Assembly (NCBI RefSeq): GCF_006345805.1 | Contig: NC_043004.1 | Coordinates: 13,020,001-13,084,000, forward strand | DNA: 64,000 nt | From: Octopus sinensis | Taxonomy: Eukaryota | Reading direction: 5' to 3' | Shown: positions 63,841 to 64,000 of the stretch, piece after piece | How positions within the stretch are numbered: position 1 is the first letter of the stretch | Layout: each line of letters starts with the position of its first letter | Made by a program: the position numbers and the translations under genes | The notes under the pieces: generated by a model | What the model saw: only the letters and a program-made list of their open reading frames with translations | What the model was told of the DNA's origin: nothing | Databases searched by the model: none

Positions 63841-64000
63841 GTGGAGGCACAATGGTCCAGTGGTTAGGCAACGGACTCGAGGTCGGAGATCGCGGTTTCG
63901 ATTCCCAGACCAGGCCTTGTGAGTGTTTATTGAGCGAAAACACCTAAAGCTCCACGGGGCTCCGGCAGAGGGTGGTGGCGATCCCTGCTGTACTCTTTCG
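63841..64000 (+). mobile_element. SINE family C head (runs off the window end)
   Basis: GTGGAGGCACAATGGTCCAGTGG...GGTTTCGATTCCCAGACC...GAGCGAAAACACCTAAAGCTCCACG. Confidence 0.85.

Overview
Gene-poor, AT-rich eukaryotic DNA dominated by (TA)n/(CA)n/(TACA)n microsatellites and tRNA-derived SINEs. The repeat families and composition look like an octopod cephalopod genome (inference). No host protein-coding gene was recognised, and almost all ORF-track entries are translated microsatellites or SINEs. Recognisable mobile elements: (i) a 4.35-kb palindromic Penelope-like element (PLE; RT + GIY-YIG) at 16.2-20.6 kb, inserted in the internal microsatellite of a SINE; (ii) a full-length but disrupted mariner (54775-56065; 33-bp TIRs, TA TSD, D,D34D); (iii) a second mariner fragment, a piggyBac-type TTAA MITE and a Helitron-like element; (iv) R4/Dong-type and CR1-type LINE fragments; (v) dozens of SINE copies from at least five families. 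Main finding: 13 minimal type-I hammerhead ribozyme (HHR) motifs or decayed copies, plus two remnants, in roughly 7 sequence families. Most sit in short non-coding elements with PLE-style partial-tandem and inverted architecture next to (TA)n tracts. They include a tRNA-headed HHR element, core variants (U3-A8, U4C, A6C) and a head-to-head composite of two different HHR families. This suggests a community of PLE-mobilised non-autonomous retrozyme-like elements. All structures were paired by eye; activity and novelty are untested.
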